In this document: piece after piece, positions 1 through 11,353 of the stretch | Numbering within the stretch: the stretch's first letter is position 1 | Layout of the letters: each line of letters opens with the position of its first letter | DNA from: Bacteroidota bacterium | GTDB taxonomy: Bacteria > Bacteroidota > Bacteroidia > CAILMK01 > JAAYUY01 | Assembly (NCBI GenBank): GCA_016776505.1 | Contig: JADHTG010000009.1 | Coordinates: forward strand, 6,946-70,945 | DNA: 64,000 nucleotides | Direction: 5' to 3' | The notes under the pieces: model-generated | The model's input: only the letters and a program-made list of their open reading frames with translations | Told to the model about the DNA's origin: nothing | Database searches by the model: none | Position numbers and translations under genes: made by a program

Positions 1-98
1 TAAGTTGAGGGTTCAGCAAAGTACCATTCTCCACTAATTCATTCAGACTTTTGCAAAGAATTGAAAGTTAATAAGATCCTTTTAAGAAAGATAAATGA

Positions 99-935
99 TC
101 AAAAATCAAAATTATCCGGATCGGGACCGAAACGCTTGTCCTGGTTCAATGAGGAAATGATATCCATATCTTCATGGCTTAACTCAAAATCAAAAAGATC
201 GGCATTGTGGGTGATCCGATCAGGATTTACTGATTTGGGAATGGTAATAATGCCTGATTGAAGATTCCAACGGAGTGTCACTTGCACTCCGCTTTTATTA
301 TATTTTTTGCCAATTTCAACCAATTCTGCAACCTTATCTGCCTCTCCTTTCAAAATAGGTCGCCAGGCTTCTACCAGGATATGATGCTGATTGCAAAAAT
401 TCAGCAGTTGTCTTTGCTGTAGGAATGGATGAAGTTCGACCTGGTTAACTGCCGGGACTATTTGACTTTTTTCCAGGATGGACTCCAAATGATGCACTTG
501 AAAATTGCTTACACCAATGGATTTTATTTTGCCTTCCAGATAAAGTTCCTCCATGGCTTTCCAGCTATCTTCATATTTTCCTTTTACAGCCCAATGCACC
601 AGGTATAGGTCAACATATTCCAAACCCAGTCTTTGCAGGCTGTCGTTAAATCCTTTAGCTACTTGCTTATAATCTCCCTGCCGGGAATTCCAAAGCTTTG
701 TTGTCAGGAAAATATCCTCACGTGCTATATTGCTTTCCCTGATGGCTTTCCCAACACTGGGTTCATTTTTATAAATGGCGGCTGTATCAATAAGCCTGTA
801 ACCAGCCTGCAATGCATGTGCGACTGCCTTGTAAACTTCTTTCCCGTCTTTTGCAAGGAAAACACCCAAACCAAATTGAGGAATTTCAATCCCATTGTTA
901 AGTGCTATTCTATCTTCAATACTTTTTGATTTCAT
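99..935 (-). CDS. Aldo/keto reductase (2,5-diketo-D-gluconate reductase-like, YtbE/DkgA type)
   Basis: 278 aa ORF with a typical AKR fold signature (LIDTAAIYKNE, GVSNF, IPKSVNPDRI near the C-terminus) and no signal peptide. Confidence 0.85.
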   Translation of the reverse strand: MKSKSIEDRIALNNGIEIPQFGLGVFLAKDGKEVYKAVAHALQAGYRLIDTAAIYKNEPSVGKAIRESNIAREDIFLTTKLWNSRQGDYKQVAKGFNDSLQRLGLEYVDLYLVHWAVKGKYEDSWKAMEELYLEGKIKSIGVSNFQVHHLESILEKSQIVPAVNQVELHPFLQQRQLLNFCNQHHILVEAWRPILKGEADKVAELVEIGKKYNKSGVQVTLRWNLQSGIITIPKSVNPDRITHNADLFDFELSHEDMDIISSLNQDKRFGPDPDNFDF

Positions 936-1010
936 ATTAATAATCTTATTATTTCAATCGCCTCATACCTGGCAAGAAGTGTTAATTTAGATTATGAATG
1001 TTTTCTTTAC

Positions 1011-3857
1011 CTAATTCAATTCTTTTTTCAAAAAACCTGCAGTATGTCCGCAATTATTTAATACTATTTCTTCAGGAGTTCCTTCACAAATGATCCTTCC
1101 ACCGTCTTCACCCCCATCCGGCCCCAGATCAATTATATGATCCGCCAGCTTGACTACATCCAGGTTGTGTTCAATGATCAATACGGTGTTGCCTTTGTTC
1201 ACAAATTTATTTAACACATCCATCAGGATGCGGATATCTTCAAAATGAAGTCCTGTAGTAGGTTCATCCAGAATGTATAAGGTTTTGCCCGTATCCTTTT
1301 TCGCCAACTCAGTGGCTAATTTGACTCGTTGCGCTTCACCGCCGCTTATGGTCACAGAACTCTGGCCCAGTGTAATGTAACCCAAACCTACATCCACCAT
1401 GGTTTTAAGACGTCTTTTTAATTGGGGAATGTTCTCGAAAAACTTCAATGCCTGGTTGTGTGTCATATTCAGCACATCTGTGATGGATTTACCTTTAAAC
1501 CTGACTTCAAGGGTTTCCCGGTTGTAGCGCCTGCCCATGCATTTCGGACATTGGATATAGACATCAGGCAAAAAATTCATTTCAATGGTTTTAACACCTG
1601 CTCCTTCACATTCGTCACATCGTCCGCCCTTCACATTAAATGAAAAACGCCCCGGTTTGTAGCCCCTGATTTTTGCTTCTGGCAATTGAGCAAATAAATT
1701 CCTGATCTGCGTAAAAGTTCCCGTATAGGTCGCAGGATTTGACCTGGGTGTTCGACCAATTGCTGATTGATCGATTTCGATTACCTTGTCGATATGCTCT
1801 AATCCAATTAACTTGCTGTAGGCCAATGGTTTTATTTTAGTCCGGTACAAATTATTTCGTATAATAGGATATAAAGTTTCGTTAATCAGTGAAGATTTTC
1901 CGCTTCCACTCACACCGGTTACGCAAACCAGTTTTCCCAATGGTAATTTAAGCTTTACGTTTTTAAGATTATGACCTTTTGCTCCTTTAAGTTCAATTAA
2001 CTTCCCGTTACCAGCTCTTCTTTCAGAAGGAACCTCGATTTTTTTTCTTCCCGATAAATAATCTGCAGTCAGCGAGTTGGTATGGATAATATCTTTCACA
2101 TGACCTTCAAAAGCAACAGATCCTCCATGTAATCCAGCATTTGGACCCAGGTCAACAATGTAATCGGAGGCTTCCATCATTTCTTTGTCATGCTCCACCA
2201 CTAACACTGTATTCCCGATATCTGCCAGCTCTTTTAATGCTTTAATCAATTTGTGGTTATCCCGTTGATGCAGACCAATGCTTGGTTCATCGATAATGTA
2301 GGACACATTAATAAGTTGAGAACCAATTTGGGTAGCCAGCCTGATACGCTGTGATTCACCTCCTGATAAAGAATACATCGCCCTGTCCAATGATAAATAA
2401 CCCAATCCAACATCTAAAAGAAAGCTAGTCCGTCCCTTCAATTCTTTTAGCAATTCGGATCCAATAATTTTGCTTCTTCCCTTGAGTTTTGATTCCAAAG
2501 AATTTACCCACTGGTGGAAATTTGTCAATTGGAGAGAACTGACTTCATAAATATTCTTTTTATCAATTTTAAAATAACGGGCTTCCTTTTTCAATCTGGA
2601 GCCATTACATTCAGGACATCTGACCAGGGGAATATGCTCTTTTAATTCATCCCTGAAATGATTGTTATCAGTGTCATTTATTTGATTTTTATAGCGGTCA
2701 ATCAATCCTTCAAAACGAGTTTCATATTCCATAAAAGTGGTCTTCACCAGGATTTCTTCCTCCGTACCATGCATGATCTTATGCAGAATATCCTTTGGAA
2801 TATCTTTAATAGGAGTATTCAGATCAAGTGAATAGCGGGTAGCGAGTGCACGAATTATGGCTGAAGTCCAATGATCTTTTTGAGGATCAAGTATCAGCAT
2901 TCCTCCTTCCCTGATACTTTTTTTATTGTTCAGTATAAGCACATCTTCATCGATCTGATGCATTATTCCCAATCCTTTACATTCCGGACAGGCACCATAC
3001 GGAGAATTGAATGAAAAAGTATTTGGTTGCGGTTCATCATAAGATATCCCGCTTTCAGGACACATCAGGTTTTTGCTATAATAGTTCAGGTCATTTTCAT
3101 TCTCATTGATAATAATCAGTGTACCTTTTCCTTCCTTCAGGGCAAGTTGTATTGACGGCTTTATGCGGGATAGCGATTTTGGTGTTACTTTTATCCTGTC
3201 GATAAGCAATTCGATATCATGAATTGAATAGCGGTTTAGCTGCATTTTAGGGATAATTTCTTTAAGCTTGCCATCAATCCGTATTTTCGTATAGCCTTTT
3301 TTTCGATACTGTTCAAACAGTTCCCGGTAATGTCCTTTTCGTGATTTTACAACAGGAGCCAGAATGGAGACCTGATTATTATTGTGTTTTTCAAGAATTG
3401 TGCTTAATAATTGATCTTCATTGTAGCGAACCATTTTCTTTCCACTTTGCCAGGAATATGCTTCACCGATCCTGGCATACAACAATCTCAAAAAATCATA
3501 AATTTCTGTGGTGGTTCCAACTGTTGACCTGGGGTTTCTGCTTCCGGTTTTTTGTTCGATCGAAATGACCGGACTGAGTCCATCAATTTTTTCTACATCG
3601 GGACGCTTCATTTCCCCAATATACTGCCGGGCATATGAGGCAAAGGTCTCCATGTAACGTCTTTGTCCTTCGGCAAAAAGGGTATCGAATGCCAGGGATG
3701 ATTTCCCACTTCCACTCAGGCCTGTAAAAACAACCAGCTTGTTTCTTGGAATCCGCAAGTCAATGTTTTTCAGGTTGTGCTCGCGTGCGCCATAAATACT
3801 TATATGACCTTCTTCAACCTTTTCACTGTAGGTGTTATTATTTGGTTTTTTGCTCAC
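1011..3857 (-). CDS. uvrA: Excinuclease ABC subunit A
   Basis: 948 aa with two ABC ATPase modules (Walker [11 protein letters not shown] and [10 protein letters not shown]) and zinc-finger CxxC pairs, colinear with UvrA. Confidence 0.95.
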   Translation of the reverse strand: MSKKPNNNTYSEKVEEGHISIYGAREHNLKNIDLRIPRNKLVVFTGLSGSGKSSLAFDTLFAEGQRRYMETFASYARQYIGEMKRPDVEKIDGLSPVISIEQKTGSRNPRSTVGTTTEIYDFLRLLYARIGEAYSWQSGKKMVRYNEDQLLSTILEKHNNNQVSILAPVVKSRKGHYRELFEQYRKKGYTKIRIDGKLKEIIPKMQLNRYSIHDIELLIDRIKVTPKSLSRIKPSIQLALKEGKGTLIIINENENDLNYYSKNLMCPESGISYDEPQPNTFSFNSPYGACPECKGLGIMHQIDEDVLILNNKKSIREGGMLILDPQKDHWTSAIIRALATRYSLDLNTPIKDIPKDILHKIMHGTEEEILVKTTFMEYETRFEGLIDRYKNQINDTDNNHFRDELKEHIPLVRCPECNGSRLKKEARYFKIDKKNIYEVSSLQLTNFHQWVNSLESKLKGRSKIIGSELLKELKGRTSFLLDVGLGYLSLDRAMYSLSGGESQRIRLATQIGSQLINVSYIIDEPSIGLHQRDNHKLIKALKELADIGNTVLVVEHDKEMMEASDYIVDLGPNAGLHGGSVAFEGHVKDIIHTNSLTADYLSGRKKIEVPSERRAGNGKLIELKGAKGHNLKNVKLKLPLGKLVCVTGVSGSGKSSLINETLYPIIRNNLYRTKIKPLAYSKLIGLEHIDKVIEIDQSAIGRTPRSNPATYTGTFTQIRNLFAQLPEAKIRGYKPGRFSFNVKGGRCDECEGAGVKTIEMNFLPDVYIQCPKCMGRRYNRETLEVRFKGKSITDVLNMTHNQALKFFENIPQLKRRLKTMVDVGLGYITLGQSSVTISGGEAQRVKLATELAKKDTGKTLYILDEPTTGLHFEDIRILMDVLNKFVNKGNTVLIIEHNLDVVKLADHIIDLGPDGGEDGGRIICEGTPEEIVLNNCGHTAGFLKKELN

Positions 3858-5031
3858 GTCCTTTCCGTTCTACGAATATCTTTAACTGCTGTCCCTTTCT
3901 CACAAAATCATCATCAATTTCATTCCAGAGCTGTATTTCTGCAATATCTACACCATAGTGTTTGGCAATTGAATGGATATCCTCGCGTTTTTTAACCACA
4001 TGAAAAATCAGGCTGTCTCTTTCTCTTTTCGGAGCTTCAATTTTTTTTTCAAAAGATTTATCTGTTTTATATTCCCTGACTTTTAAACTTTCATGAACAA
4101 AATATTTTTTCCTTTTAAGCTTATGTTGCTCCAGGGGCAACTCCAAGTCGTAGATTTTCCTGCTTTTATTGGGCAGGGTATTATTTTTAAGCCATGGATT
4201 CAGGATTTTCAATTCGCGAAAGGTAGTTGTATTAGCGATCGCAAAGTCGACCAGATTCTCAATTGTAGTATCTACCCGTATGAGCCTGGTTTGGTAAGGT
4301 TGATAGAGGTGTGAAGCCAGAAAATGAAAACCATATTTTTCATGATGGCTGAATATTTCTTTTAATGCCAGAATCCGAAAAACGTAACGGCTCGTTTCAA
4401 TGTTTAATAATAAGTTGTAATAATCGTTGACTTGCTGTTTTTTTAATTGCCGGTTCACTCCGGCAATTCCCATGTTATAAGAAGCAGAAGCCAGTGTCCA
4501 GTTATTGAATAAACCATAGGCTTCATTAAAATAATCACAGGCGGCCTGGCTTGCTTTTTTCACATGGTATCTTTCATCTATGGATGAATTTATTTCCAGA
4601 CCATATTTTTCCCCTGTTTTTTCCATAAACTGCCAATATCCTTTAGCTCCAGCAGGTGATGTGAGGTTAAGAAACCCACTTTCAATGAGCGCAATGTATT
4701 TGAAATCATCAGGAACACCATTTTGCTTTAAAATTTCTTCAATTAGTGGAAACCACCGGTTAGCTCTTTTGATCAGCAGAATGGTATTGGATTGCCAATA
4801 GGTATTAATTAATAATTCCCGGTCCAATCGTTCTCTCACATCCTCCCTGTGCATGGGCACTTTTTCTCCTGCAAAATCTATATCCAGGGGAAGTTCCAAC
4901 GCATATACGCCATATTCCTTTTTAAATTCAGTTTTATATTGTTCCGGAACAGTTGTGCTACTTGAAATTAGCAGGCGGGTTAATAGGATGGTTAGTCCTA
5001 CAATTATTAAGGTGTCGAAATGTTTCTTCAT
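3838..5031 (-). CDS. Membrane-bound lytic murein transglycosylase with C-terminal LysM domain
   Basis: Signal/TM N-terminus, an SLT-like catalytic region (ESGF...AGAKGYWQFM) and a C-terminal LysM-like segment (IHSIAKHYGVDIAEIQLWN...GQQLKI). It overlaps the uvrA start by 20 nt. Confidence 0.7.
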   Translation of the reverse strand: MKKHFDTLIIVGLTILLTRLLISSSTTVPEQYKTEFKKEYGVYALELPLDIDFAGEKVPMHREDVRERLDRELLINTYWQSNTILLIKRANRWFPLIEEILKQNGVPDDFKYIALIESGFLNLTSPAGAKGYWQFMEKTGEKYGLEINSSIDERYHVKKASQAACDYFNEAYGLFNNWTLASASYNMGIAGVNRQLKKQQVNDYYNLLLNIETSRYVFRILALKEIFSHHEKYGFHFLASHLYQPYQTRLIRVDTTIENLVDFAIANTTTFRELKILNPWLKNNTLPNKSRKIYDLELPLEQHKLKRKKYFVHESLKVREYKTDKSFEKKIEAPKRERDSLIFHVVKKREDIHSIAKHYGVDIAEIQLWNEIDDDFVRKGQQLKIFVERKGREQKTK

Positions 5032-5082
5032 AATTATAACTTAGAAGTCAGTATTTAATAAATTAACAACGACAGGAATGCT

Positions 5083-5760
5083 TTATTTGTATAGTGCCAG
5101 TTTATTTTTTGCTAAAATAAATTCAGGAGCAATTTCCACAGCTTTCTTAAAGGAGTTTTTTGCCTCCTTTCCCAGTCCTTGAATCTCGTACAAGTTCCCA
5201 TAGAAATAATAGCACATGGCAATTACAGGAACATCCTGGAATTTATTAACTCCAATTCTAACCTGGTACAATTCCTCCTCACTGGCTGGTGTATTTATAA
5301 TCGTTTGCAAGATACTCTCACCATTTGTCAAATTTCCCAAATTTATATGTTGGATAGCTATTTCATACAGATAGGCTGTTTTATTATCCAATTCATACAA
5401 TTTGGAGTAGCCATTCATGGCTTCTTGCGACAGATTTAAATTAGATGCAGATTTGGCATAAATTTCAATTCCTTTTTTCCCCTCCGGATTAAGAGTCAGC
5501 ATTTTTGTAGAAATATTAAATGCAGCATGGAAGTTTTCCTCATTAAGAAACAAGCTAGCCAGTGTGTCCAAAAGACCATAATTAGCTGTATCATAAATCA
5601 GCAAAGATTGAGCTGATGAGATGGCTGTATTCACATCTCCGGTTTTAAAAGCCTGTTCAAAAAGCATTCTGTTATGTTTGGAAATTTTAGCAGGAAAATT
5701 ATTCTTCTTTCCGCAAGAAAAAAGAAGGACAAGGATCAGGATTATACTAAGCTGTCTCAT
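5083..5760 (-). CDS. TPR-repeat lipoprotein
   Basis: Signal peptide with lipobox (LLFSCGKK) and several TPR-like helical repeats. Confidence 0.5.
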   Translation of the reverse strand: MRQLSIILILVLLFSCGKKNNFPAKISKHNRMLFEQAFKTGDVNTAISSAQSLLIYDTANYGLLDTLASLFLNEENFHAAFNISTKMLTLNPEGKKGIEIYAKSASNLNLSQEAMNGYSKLYELDNKTAYLYEIAIQHINLGNLTNGESILQTIINTPASEEELYQVRIGVNKFQDVPVIAMCYYFYGNLYEIQGLGKEAKNSFKKAVEIAPEFILAKNKLALYK

Positions 5761-5950
5761 AATTCATATTTTGAAATATTTCAGGCAAAGGTAGTTCAAA
5801 AGACAGGCAATATTGAAGGTAAAATACACACATTTTGTTGGCTTTGTATACTGAATTGGTCTTTATTTAATCAGAATAACAGATGGAGTTAAAACCTGAA
5901 ACAACTCAATAATGCCTAAATTGCACCTTCTAAAATTTGCTGGTTATTTA

Positions 5951-7108
5951 ATGGAAGATAAAAAAGGAATAGCTATACTCGGTTCAACCGGATCTTTAGG
6001 CAGGCAGTCTTTAGAAGTTATCAGGTTAAATTCAACACAGTTTTTTATTGAACTTTTATTTGCTTCATTCAATACAGATCTTTTACTGGAGCAGGCCATT
6101 GAATTCAAGCCTAATATTGTGATCCATGCCGATGAACTACGGCAGCAAGAACTGAGTGATATGCTTTTTCCCAGGGGCATCAAATGTTTTTGCGGGGATA
6201 AAGCATTACTTCAGTCACTTGAATTAGAGGGAATTGATATTGTATTCAATGCGATCAGTGGGTTTCCCGGAATAAAGCCAACTATCCAGGCTATAAAATA
6301 TGGAAAAACATTAGCCCTGGCTAACAAGGAATCTATGGTGGTTGCTGGTAACCAGGTTGCTAAAATCTATACGGAAAAGGGAGGCAGCATCATTCCGGTT
6401 GATGCTGAGCATTCAGGCATTTTTCAATCCATCCTGGGTGAATACTCCAATACAATAGAAAAGATAGTCTTGACATCTTCAGGAGGTCCGTTCAAAGGAA
6501 TCGATCTGTCTGATTTACAAAACATGACTAAAAAACAGGCTTTATCAAATCCGCATTGGAAGATGGGAAATAAAATCACCATTGATTCAAGCACGATGAT
6601 AAACAAAGGATTTGAGATCATTGAAGCAAGCTGGCTTTACAACCTGAACTTCTCACAGCTAGAATTATTGATTCATCCGGAATCCATCATTCAATCCATG
6701 GTATATTTTGAGGATGGATCAGTGAAGGCCCAATTGGCTATGCATGATATGCGTATTCCCATTCAATATGCGTTTTCTTTCCCTAACAGAATCAAATCCG
6801 AATTTCCAAGGGTGGACCTGTTAAAAACAGGAGCTTTGACATTTGAAGATCCGGACTTGTCAGCATACCCCAATCTGAAGCTTTCCTATTTAGCTGCTGA
6901 AAAGGGAGGTAATTTGCCTGCCATACTTAATGCTGGCAACGAAATTGCTGTACAAGCTTTCCTGACTGAAGAGATTAAGTTTAATGACATATACCGGATT
7001 AACGATAAATGCTTGAACTCAATCGATTACATACAGGAACCTTCCTTTGAGGATTTAGAGGATACAGATAAAAAAACGAGACAATTTGCTAAAACATTAA
7101 TCTACTAA
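5951..7108 (+). CDS. dxr: 1-deoxy-D-xylulose 5-phosphate reductoisomerase
   Basis: IAILGSTGSLGRQSLEVI NADPH-binding N-terminus, NKESMVVAG, and a conserved Dxr C-terminal domain. The ORF opens at 5912 but the Dxr-like start is the Met at 5951. Confidence 0.9.
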   Translation: MEDKKGIAILGSTGSLGRQSLEVIRLNSTQFFIELLFASFNTDLLLEQAIEFKPNIVIHADELRQQELSDMLFPRGIKCFCGDKALLQSLELEGIDIVFNAISGFPGIKPTIQAIKYGKTLALANKESMVVAGNQVAKIYTEKGGSIIPVDAEHSGIFQSILGEYSNTIEKIVLTSSGGPFKGIDLSDLQNMTKKQALSNPHWKMGNKITIDSSTMINKGFEIIEASWLYNLNFSQLELLIHPESIIQSMVYFEDGSVKAQLAMHDMRIPIQYAFSFPNRIKSEFPRVDLLKTGALTFEDPDLSAYPNLKLSYLAAEKGGNLPAILNAGNEIAVQAFLTEEIKFNDIYRINDKCLNSIDYIQEPSFEDLEDTDKKTRQFAKTLIY

Positions 7109-7109
7109 T

Positions 7110-8444
7110 ATGCAAACATTAATCATGATCGGACAATTGCTTTTAGGCTTGTCAATTCTAGTTGCAATCCACGAACTGGGACATTTTCTTGCTGCCAAAG
7201 CATTTGGAATGAAAGTAGATAAATTCTATATCTTTTTTGATTTCGGAAAAGTAAAATTATTCAGTTTCAAAAGAAAAGAGACAGAATACGGAATCGGTTG
7301 GTTTCCTCTTGGAGGATATGTTAAAATTGCCGGAATGATTGATGAGTCAATGGATAAAGAGCAATTAGCCAAACCTCCCCAGGCCTGGGAATTCAGGGCT
7401 AAGCCAAGATGGCAAAGACTAATCGTGATGGTGGCAGGTGTATTTATGAATCTCCTGCTGGGTATCTTTATTTTTTCCATGATTTCGTTTTATTATGGCG
7501 AAACTCATATCCCCGTCAGTACAAACGATCCGGCTATTGTGGCCATGCAATACGGAGAAGAAATTGGGTTTCAGACTGGTGATACTTTGGTTGAAATAAA
7601 TGGAACCCCCTTTAGTGATTTTAAGAAATTCACTGACATGTACAGTTTTGAGCTGCTCCTGTCAAACAATATTGATATCCTTGTCAAAAGAGATGGGAAA
7701 TTAGTCACCATTACAACTCCTGATGATTTTTTAAACACTATATCAGACCGCAGTTTAGACCTTTTCATCCAACCGGCTTATTCATTTCATGTGAGAAAGG
7801 TTAAGCAAAGAAGCAATGCAGAAAGGGGCGGCCTGAAAGCAGGTGATAAAATCATCGCAGTCGACCAGGTTCCGATCAATTATTATTATGATTTTGTTCA
7901 GCGGCTGGAAGGAAAAAGAAAAGTGGATCTAAGGGTATTGCGCAATCAAATAGACACGGTTGAATTAAGTAATGTGCAAATTGATGAGGAAGGGAAAATC
8001 GGATTTTTTCCAGAATTTGAGGTGAATGTGGAAGTGACCTCTTATGCATTTTTTCAATCGTTCAAAAGAGGCAATCAAAAAGCCTGGTTTATGCTTAAAG
8101 AGAATACCATTGGTTTTGCGAAACTCTTTCAAGGAGAGGTTGATCCCAGAAAAGCGATTAAGGGTCCTGTGGGCATTGCGACCATCTATGGAGGTGAATG
8201 GATATGGGTAAACTTCTGGACCATTACAGGCCTTTTGTCCTTAATACTTGCCTTTATGAACCTGTTACCAATTCCGGCACTTGATGGAGGTCATGTAATC
8301 ACTATATTGATTGAAATGATTTCAGGAAGGACCATTGGAACCAAAACTATGGAAGTGATCCAGACCATTGGAATGATCATCGTATTTGGATTAATAATAT
8401 TCTCCATATTTAACGATGTGTTCCAGCAATGGTTTGCGAATTAA
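7110..8444 (+). CDS. rseP: RIP zinc metalloprotease RseP (site-2 protease) with PDZ domain
   Basis: HELGHF HExxH motif in the first TM helix, a central PDZ domain and a C-terminal LDGGH motif. It lies directly downstream of dxr, as in many bacteria. Confidence 0.9.
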   Translation: MQTLIMIGQLLLGLSILVAIHELGHFLAAKAFGMKVDKFYIFFDFGKVKLFSFKRKETEYGIGWFPLGGYVKIAGMIDESMDKEQLAKPPQAWEFRAKPRWQRLIVMVAGVFMNLLLGIFIFSMISFYYGETHIPVSTNDPAIVAMQYGEEIGFQTGDTLVEINGTPFSDFKKFTDMYSFELLLSNNIDILVKRDGKLVTITTPDDFLNTISDRSLDLFIQPAYSFHVRKVKQRSNAERGGLKAGDKIIAVDQVPINYYYDFVQRLEGKRKVDLRVLRNQIDTVELSNVQIDEEGKIGFFPEFEVNVEVTSYAFFQSFKRGNQKAWFMLKENTIGFAKLFQGEVDPRKAIKGPVGIATIYGGEWIWVNFWTITGLLSLILAFMNLLPIPALDGGHVITILIEMISGRTIGTKTMEVIQTIGMIIVFGLIIFSIFNDVFQQWFAN

Positions 8445-8542
8445 AATTGCTATTGCTGACAAAAATTCAACACGGATTCCACTGGCAAAAATATTGCAGA
8501 AAAGAATTGATTAATTTTAAACAATAAAAACACAGAGTTCGG

Positions 8543-9541
8543 ATGAATCTTGGTGACTATAGATTTGAGGATCCTTGGTTTTTTTGGTTCTTACTAATTA
8601 TACCCCTAATTGTTGGCTGGTATATCTGGAAGTATAAAAATAGAATTCCCGAACACACCATATCTTCCATAACTTCTATCAAAGGAATAAAAAGACCCTG
8701 GAAAGCACGTTTCAGGCATGCATTATTCTCATTCCGTATTTTGGCTATAGCGCTGATCATAATCGCATTAGCCCGCCCTCAAAAGTCATTTGATAACAAA
8801 AAAGTGACCACAGAAGGGATTGATATAGTCATTGCCCTGGATATTTCTTCCAGTATGCTTGCAATGGATTTCAAACCCGATAGACTGGAAGCGTCAAAAA
8901 GCATTTCCCAGGATTTTGTGAAGGGCAGGGCAAATGACAGGATTGGACTTGTGGTATTTGCTGCGGAGAGTTTTACCCAGTGCCCTATCACAACGGATCA
9001 TAAGGTGCTTACGAATTTAATAAGTGAGATTAAAAGTGGCATTATTGAAGATGGTACGGCCATTGGCCTGGGTCTTTCAACAGCTATTGATCGACTAAAG
9101 GATAGTGGTGGTAAAAGCAAGGTGGTCATTCTTTTAACTGATGGGGAAAATAATACAGGATTCATTAATCCAATGACGGCTGTAGAGATTGCGCAAACAT
9201 TTGGAGTCCGGATTTATACCATTGGTGTGGGAACGATAGGCACAGCACCTTATCCTGTTCAAACTCCTTTTGGAATGAGTTACCAGGATATGGAAGTCAG
9301 GATTGATGAAGATTTATTGCAGGACATAGCCAGCCTGACAAATGGAGCATATTTCAGGGCTACCAGCAATAACAAATTGAAAGAAATCTATGAAGAGATC
9401 AATAAAATGGAGAAGAACAAAATTGAAGTCGAAGCCTACCAAAGGTTTAGTGATAAATATTTGATCTTTGCTCTCATTGCATCTGTTTTATTGTTTCTCG
9501 AACTCTTTTTAAGGAATTCATTATTAAAAAGTTTTCCCTGA
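8543..9541 (+). CDS. batA: Aerotolerance protein BatA (VWA domain, membrane)
   Basis: N-terminal TM segment and a vWA domain with MIDAS motif (DIVIALDISSSM ... LTDGENN). Confidence 0.8.
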   Translation: MNLGDYRFEDPWFFWFLLIIPLIVGWYIWKYKNRIPEHTISSITSIKGIKRPWKARFRHALFSFRILAIALIIIALARPQKSFDNKKVTTEGIDIVIALDISSSMLAMDFKPDRLEASKSISQDFVKGRANDRIGLVVFAAESFTQCPITTDHKVLTNLISEIKSGIIEDGTAIGLGLSTAIDRLKDSGGKSKVVILLTDGENNTGFINPMTAVEIAQTFGVRIYTIGVGTIGTAPYPVQTPFGMSYQDMEVRIDEDLLQDIASLTNGAYFRATSNNKLKEIYEEINKMEKNKIEVEAYQRFSDKYLIFALIASVLLFLELFLRNSLLKSFP

Positions 9542-10590
9542 TGGACTTAGTGCGTTTCGAACATACCGACATTTTATTTGCATTGTTTTCATTGCTTTTT
9601 CTATTGTTTCTATTTTTACACAGGATGAATTGGGCTAGGAAAGTACTGAAGTCAATTGGTGATGAACAGCTTGTACTGAAATTGGTAAAGAACAAACCAA
9701 GGTATAAATACCAAATCAAATTCATTCTCTTTTCATTTGCCCTTGCATCGCTCATACTGGCTATGGCAAATCTTCAATTTGGTTCGAAAGTCGAAAAGAT
9801 GAAGAGAAAAGGCATAGATCTCGTGATTGCATTGGATCTTTCCAGGAGCATGCTGGCAGAGGATATTACTCCCAATCGATTGGAAAAATCGAAACAATTT
9901 ATTTACCGCTTAATTGATAAGCTGGAAGGAGATCGGATAGGGATCATTGTTTTTGCCGGAAATGCGTATGTTCAAATGCCTGTGACAATTGATCATACTG
10001 CTGCTAAGTTATTCCTGTCGAATGTTAATACTTCTTTACTTCCAACCCAGGGAACAGCCATAGGTGACGCCATTGATCTCTCGCATGAAATGTTTGAGTC
10101 AGGAGATAAAAAACACAGAACTTTACTCATTATTTCAGATGGAGAAAATCATGAAGGAGATGCTTACGAATCCGCTAAATCTGCAGCAAAGGAAGGATTA
10201 ATGATTTACACGGTGGGCATTGGAACCTTAAAGGGAGCACCTGTTCCCATATATCACAACAACCGTCAGGTGGATTATCAAAGAGACAAAAACAATAGTA
10301 TTATTTTAAGCAAATTAAATGAAAGCATGCTTCAGGAGATAGCTGTACTGGGTCATGGTGAATATTTCAGAATCACCAATTCAGGCGATGACCTGCGAGA
10401 TTTGATTAAAAGCATTAATAAGCAGGAAAAGAAAGAGATTGACTCTAAGGTAGTAAGCAATTACAAAAGTCAGTTTCAGTTTTTTCTGGTTTTAGCATTG
10501 GTATTTTTACTTGTTGATTTCATTATTTTTGAAAGGAAAAGCAAGTTGACATTTAGTTTTAAAAGCCTTAAACTAAAAAGAAATGTATAA
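9541..10590 (+). CDS. batB: Aerotolerance protein BatB (VWA domain, membrane)
   Basis: A second vWA protein (DLVIALDLSRSM ... ISDGENH) with a C-terminal TM segment. Its start overlaps the batA stop. Confidence 0.8.
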   Translation: MDLVRFEHTDILFALFSLLFLLFLFLHRMNWARKVLKSIGDEQLVLKLVKNKPRYKYQIKFILFSFALASLILAMANLQFGSKVEKMKRKGIDLVIALDLSRSMLAEDITPNRLEKSKQFIYRLIDKLEGDRIGIIVFAGNAYVQMPVTIDHTAAKLFLSNVNTSLLPTQGTAIGDAIDLSHEMFESGDKKHRTLLIISDGENHEGDAYESAKSAAKEGLMIYTVGIGTLKGAPVPIYHNNRQVDYQRDKNNSIILSKLNESMLQEIAVLGHGEYFRITNSGDDLRDLIKSINKQEKKEIDSKVVSNYKSQFQFFLVLALVFLLVDFIIFERKSKLTFSFKSLKLKRNV

Positions 10591-11353
10591 ATTAGTTTTA
10601 ATCATATGGATGATTGTAACGACATTCATCAGTTATAGTCAGAATGAGCATCATTTGGTCAGAAAAGGAAATAAGCTTTATTCCAAAGACCAATTTGGAG
10701 ACGCTGAGGCAAAATATAAGAAAGCGCTGGAAGTAGATCAAAAACACTATGAAGGCAGCTTTAACCTGGGTGATTCTTATTTTGAGCAAGGCAGATTTGA
10801 TGAGGCTATAACACAATTTACAATAGCTGCCCATTCAACCGATGATGATATTTATAAAAACAAGGCTTATTACAATCTTGGAAACGCAAATCTGGAGGCC
10901 TTTAAAAGCATCAATCAAAGTGCAGATCAGGAAGACATGCAGAAAAAAATGCAGTACCTTGACAACAGCATTGAAGCCTACAAAAATGCATTGAAAATCA
11001 ATCCTCAAGATCAGGAATCCAAGTACAATCTTTCTTATGCACTGAAACATAAGCCAGAAGGAGGACAACAATCCAAGCAGCAAAATAAGGATCAGGAAAA
11101 CAAAGACCAGGAAGAAAAAGAGAAAGAAAAGCAAGAAGAAAAAAAGCAGAATCAGGATCAACAAAAAAACAAGGACAAACAAGAAAAAGAGAACAAACAG
11201 CAAGCTCAACCAAAACCTGATGAACAGAAAATGGATAAGCAGGAAGCAGAAAAACTATTGAAAAAACAAGAAGAAAAAGAAAAAGATGTGCAGAAAAAAG
11301 TCTTGCAAAAAAAAGAAAAGCCAGTTAAAGTGAAAATTGAGAAGGAATGGTAA
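10583..11353 (+). CDS. batC: BatC-like TPR protein with K/E/Q-rich low-complexity tail
   Basis: N-terminal signal/TM segment and TPR repeats (AEAKYKKALEVDQKHYEGSFNLGDSY), followed by a roughly 100-aa KEQ-rich tail. Its position in the bat operon supports the call. Confidence 0.65.
   Translation: MYKLVLIIWMIVTTFISYSQNEHHLVRKGNKLYSKDQFGDAEAKYKKALEVDQKHYEGSFNLGDSYFEQGRFDEAITQFTIAAHSTDDDIYKNKAYYNLGNANLEAFKSINQSADQEDMQKKMQYLDNSIEAYKNALKINPQDQESKYNLSYALKHKPEGGQQSKQQNKDQENKDQEEKEKEKQEEKKQNQDQQKNKDKQEKENKQQAQPKPDEQKMDKQEAEKLLKKQEEKEKDVQKKVLQKKEKPVKVKIEKEW

Noticed and set aside
3341-3995. Several 70-75-aa plus-strand ORFs nested inside uvrA and the transglycosylase gene (and similar nested ORFs inside dxr, rseP, glpD and the giant gene)
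   Set aside because: They sit antisense or out of frame within strongly supported genes and have no motifs. These are typical spurious ORFs.
10835-11209. 124-aa minus-strand ORF rich in F/L (MSLLFVLFFLFVLVFLLILILLFFF...)
   Set aside because: It is the antisense reading of the purine-rich K/E/Q-tail coding region of batC and lies entirely inside that gene. It is a composition artefact, not a membrane protein gene.
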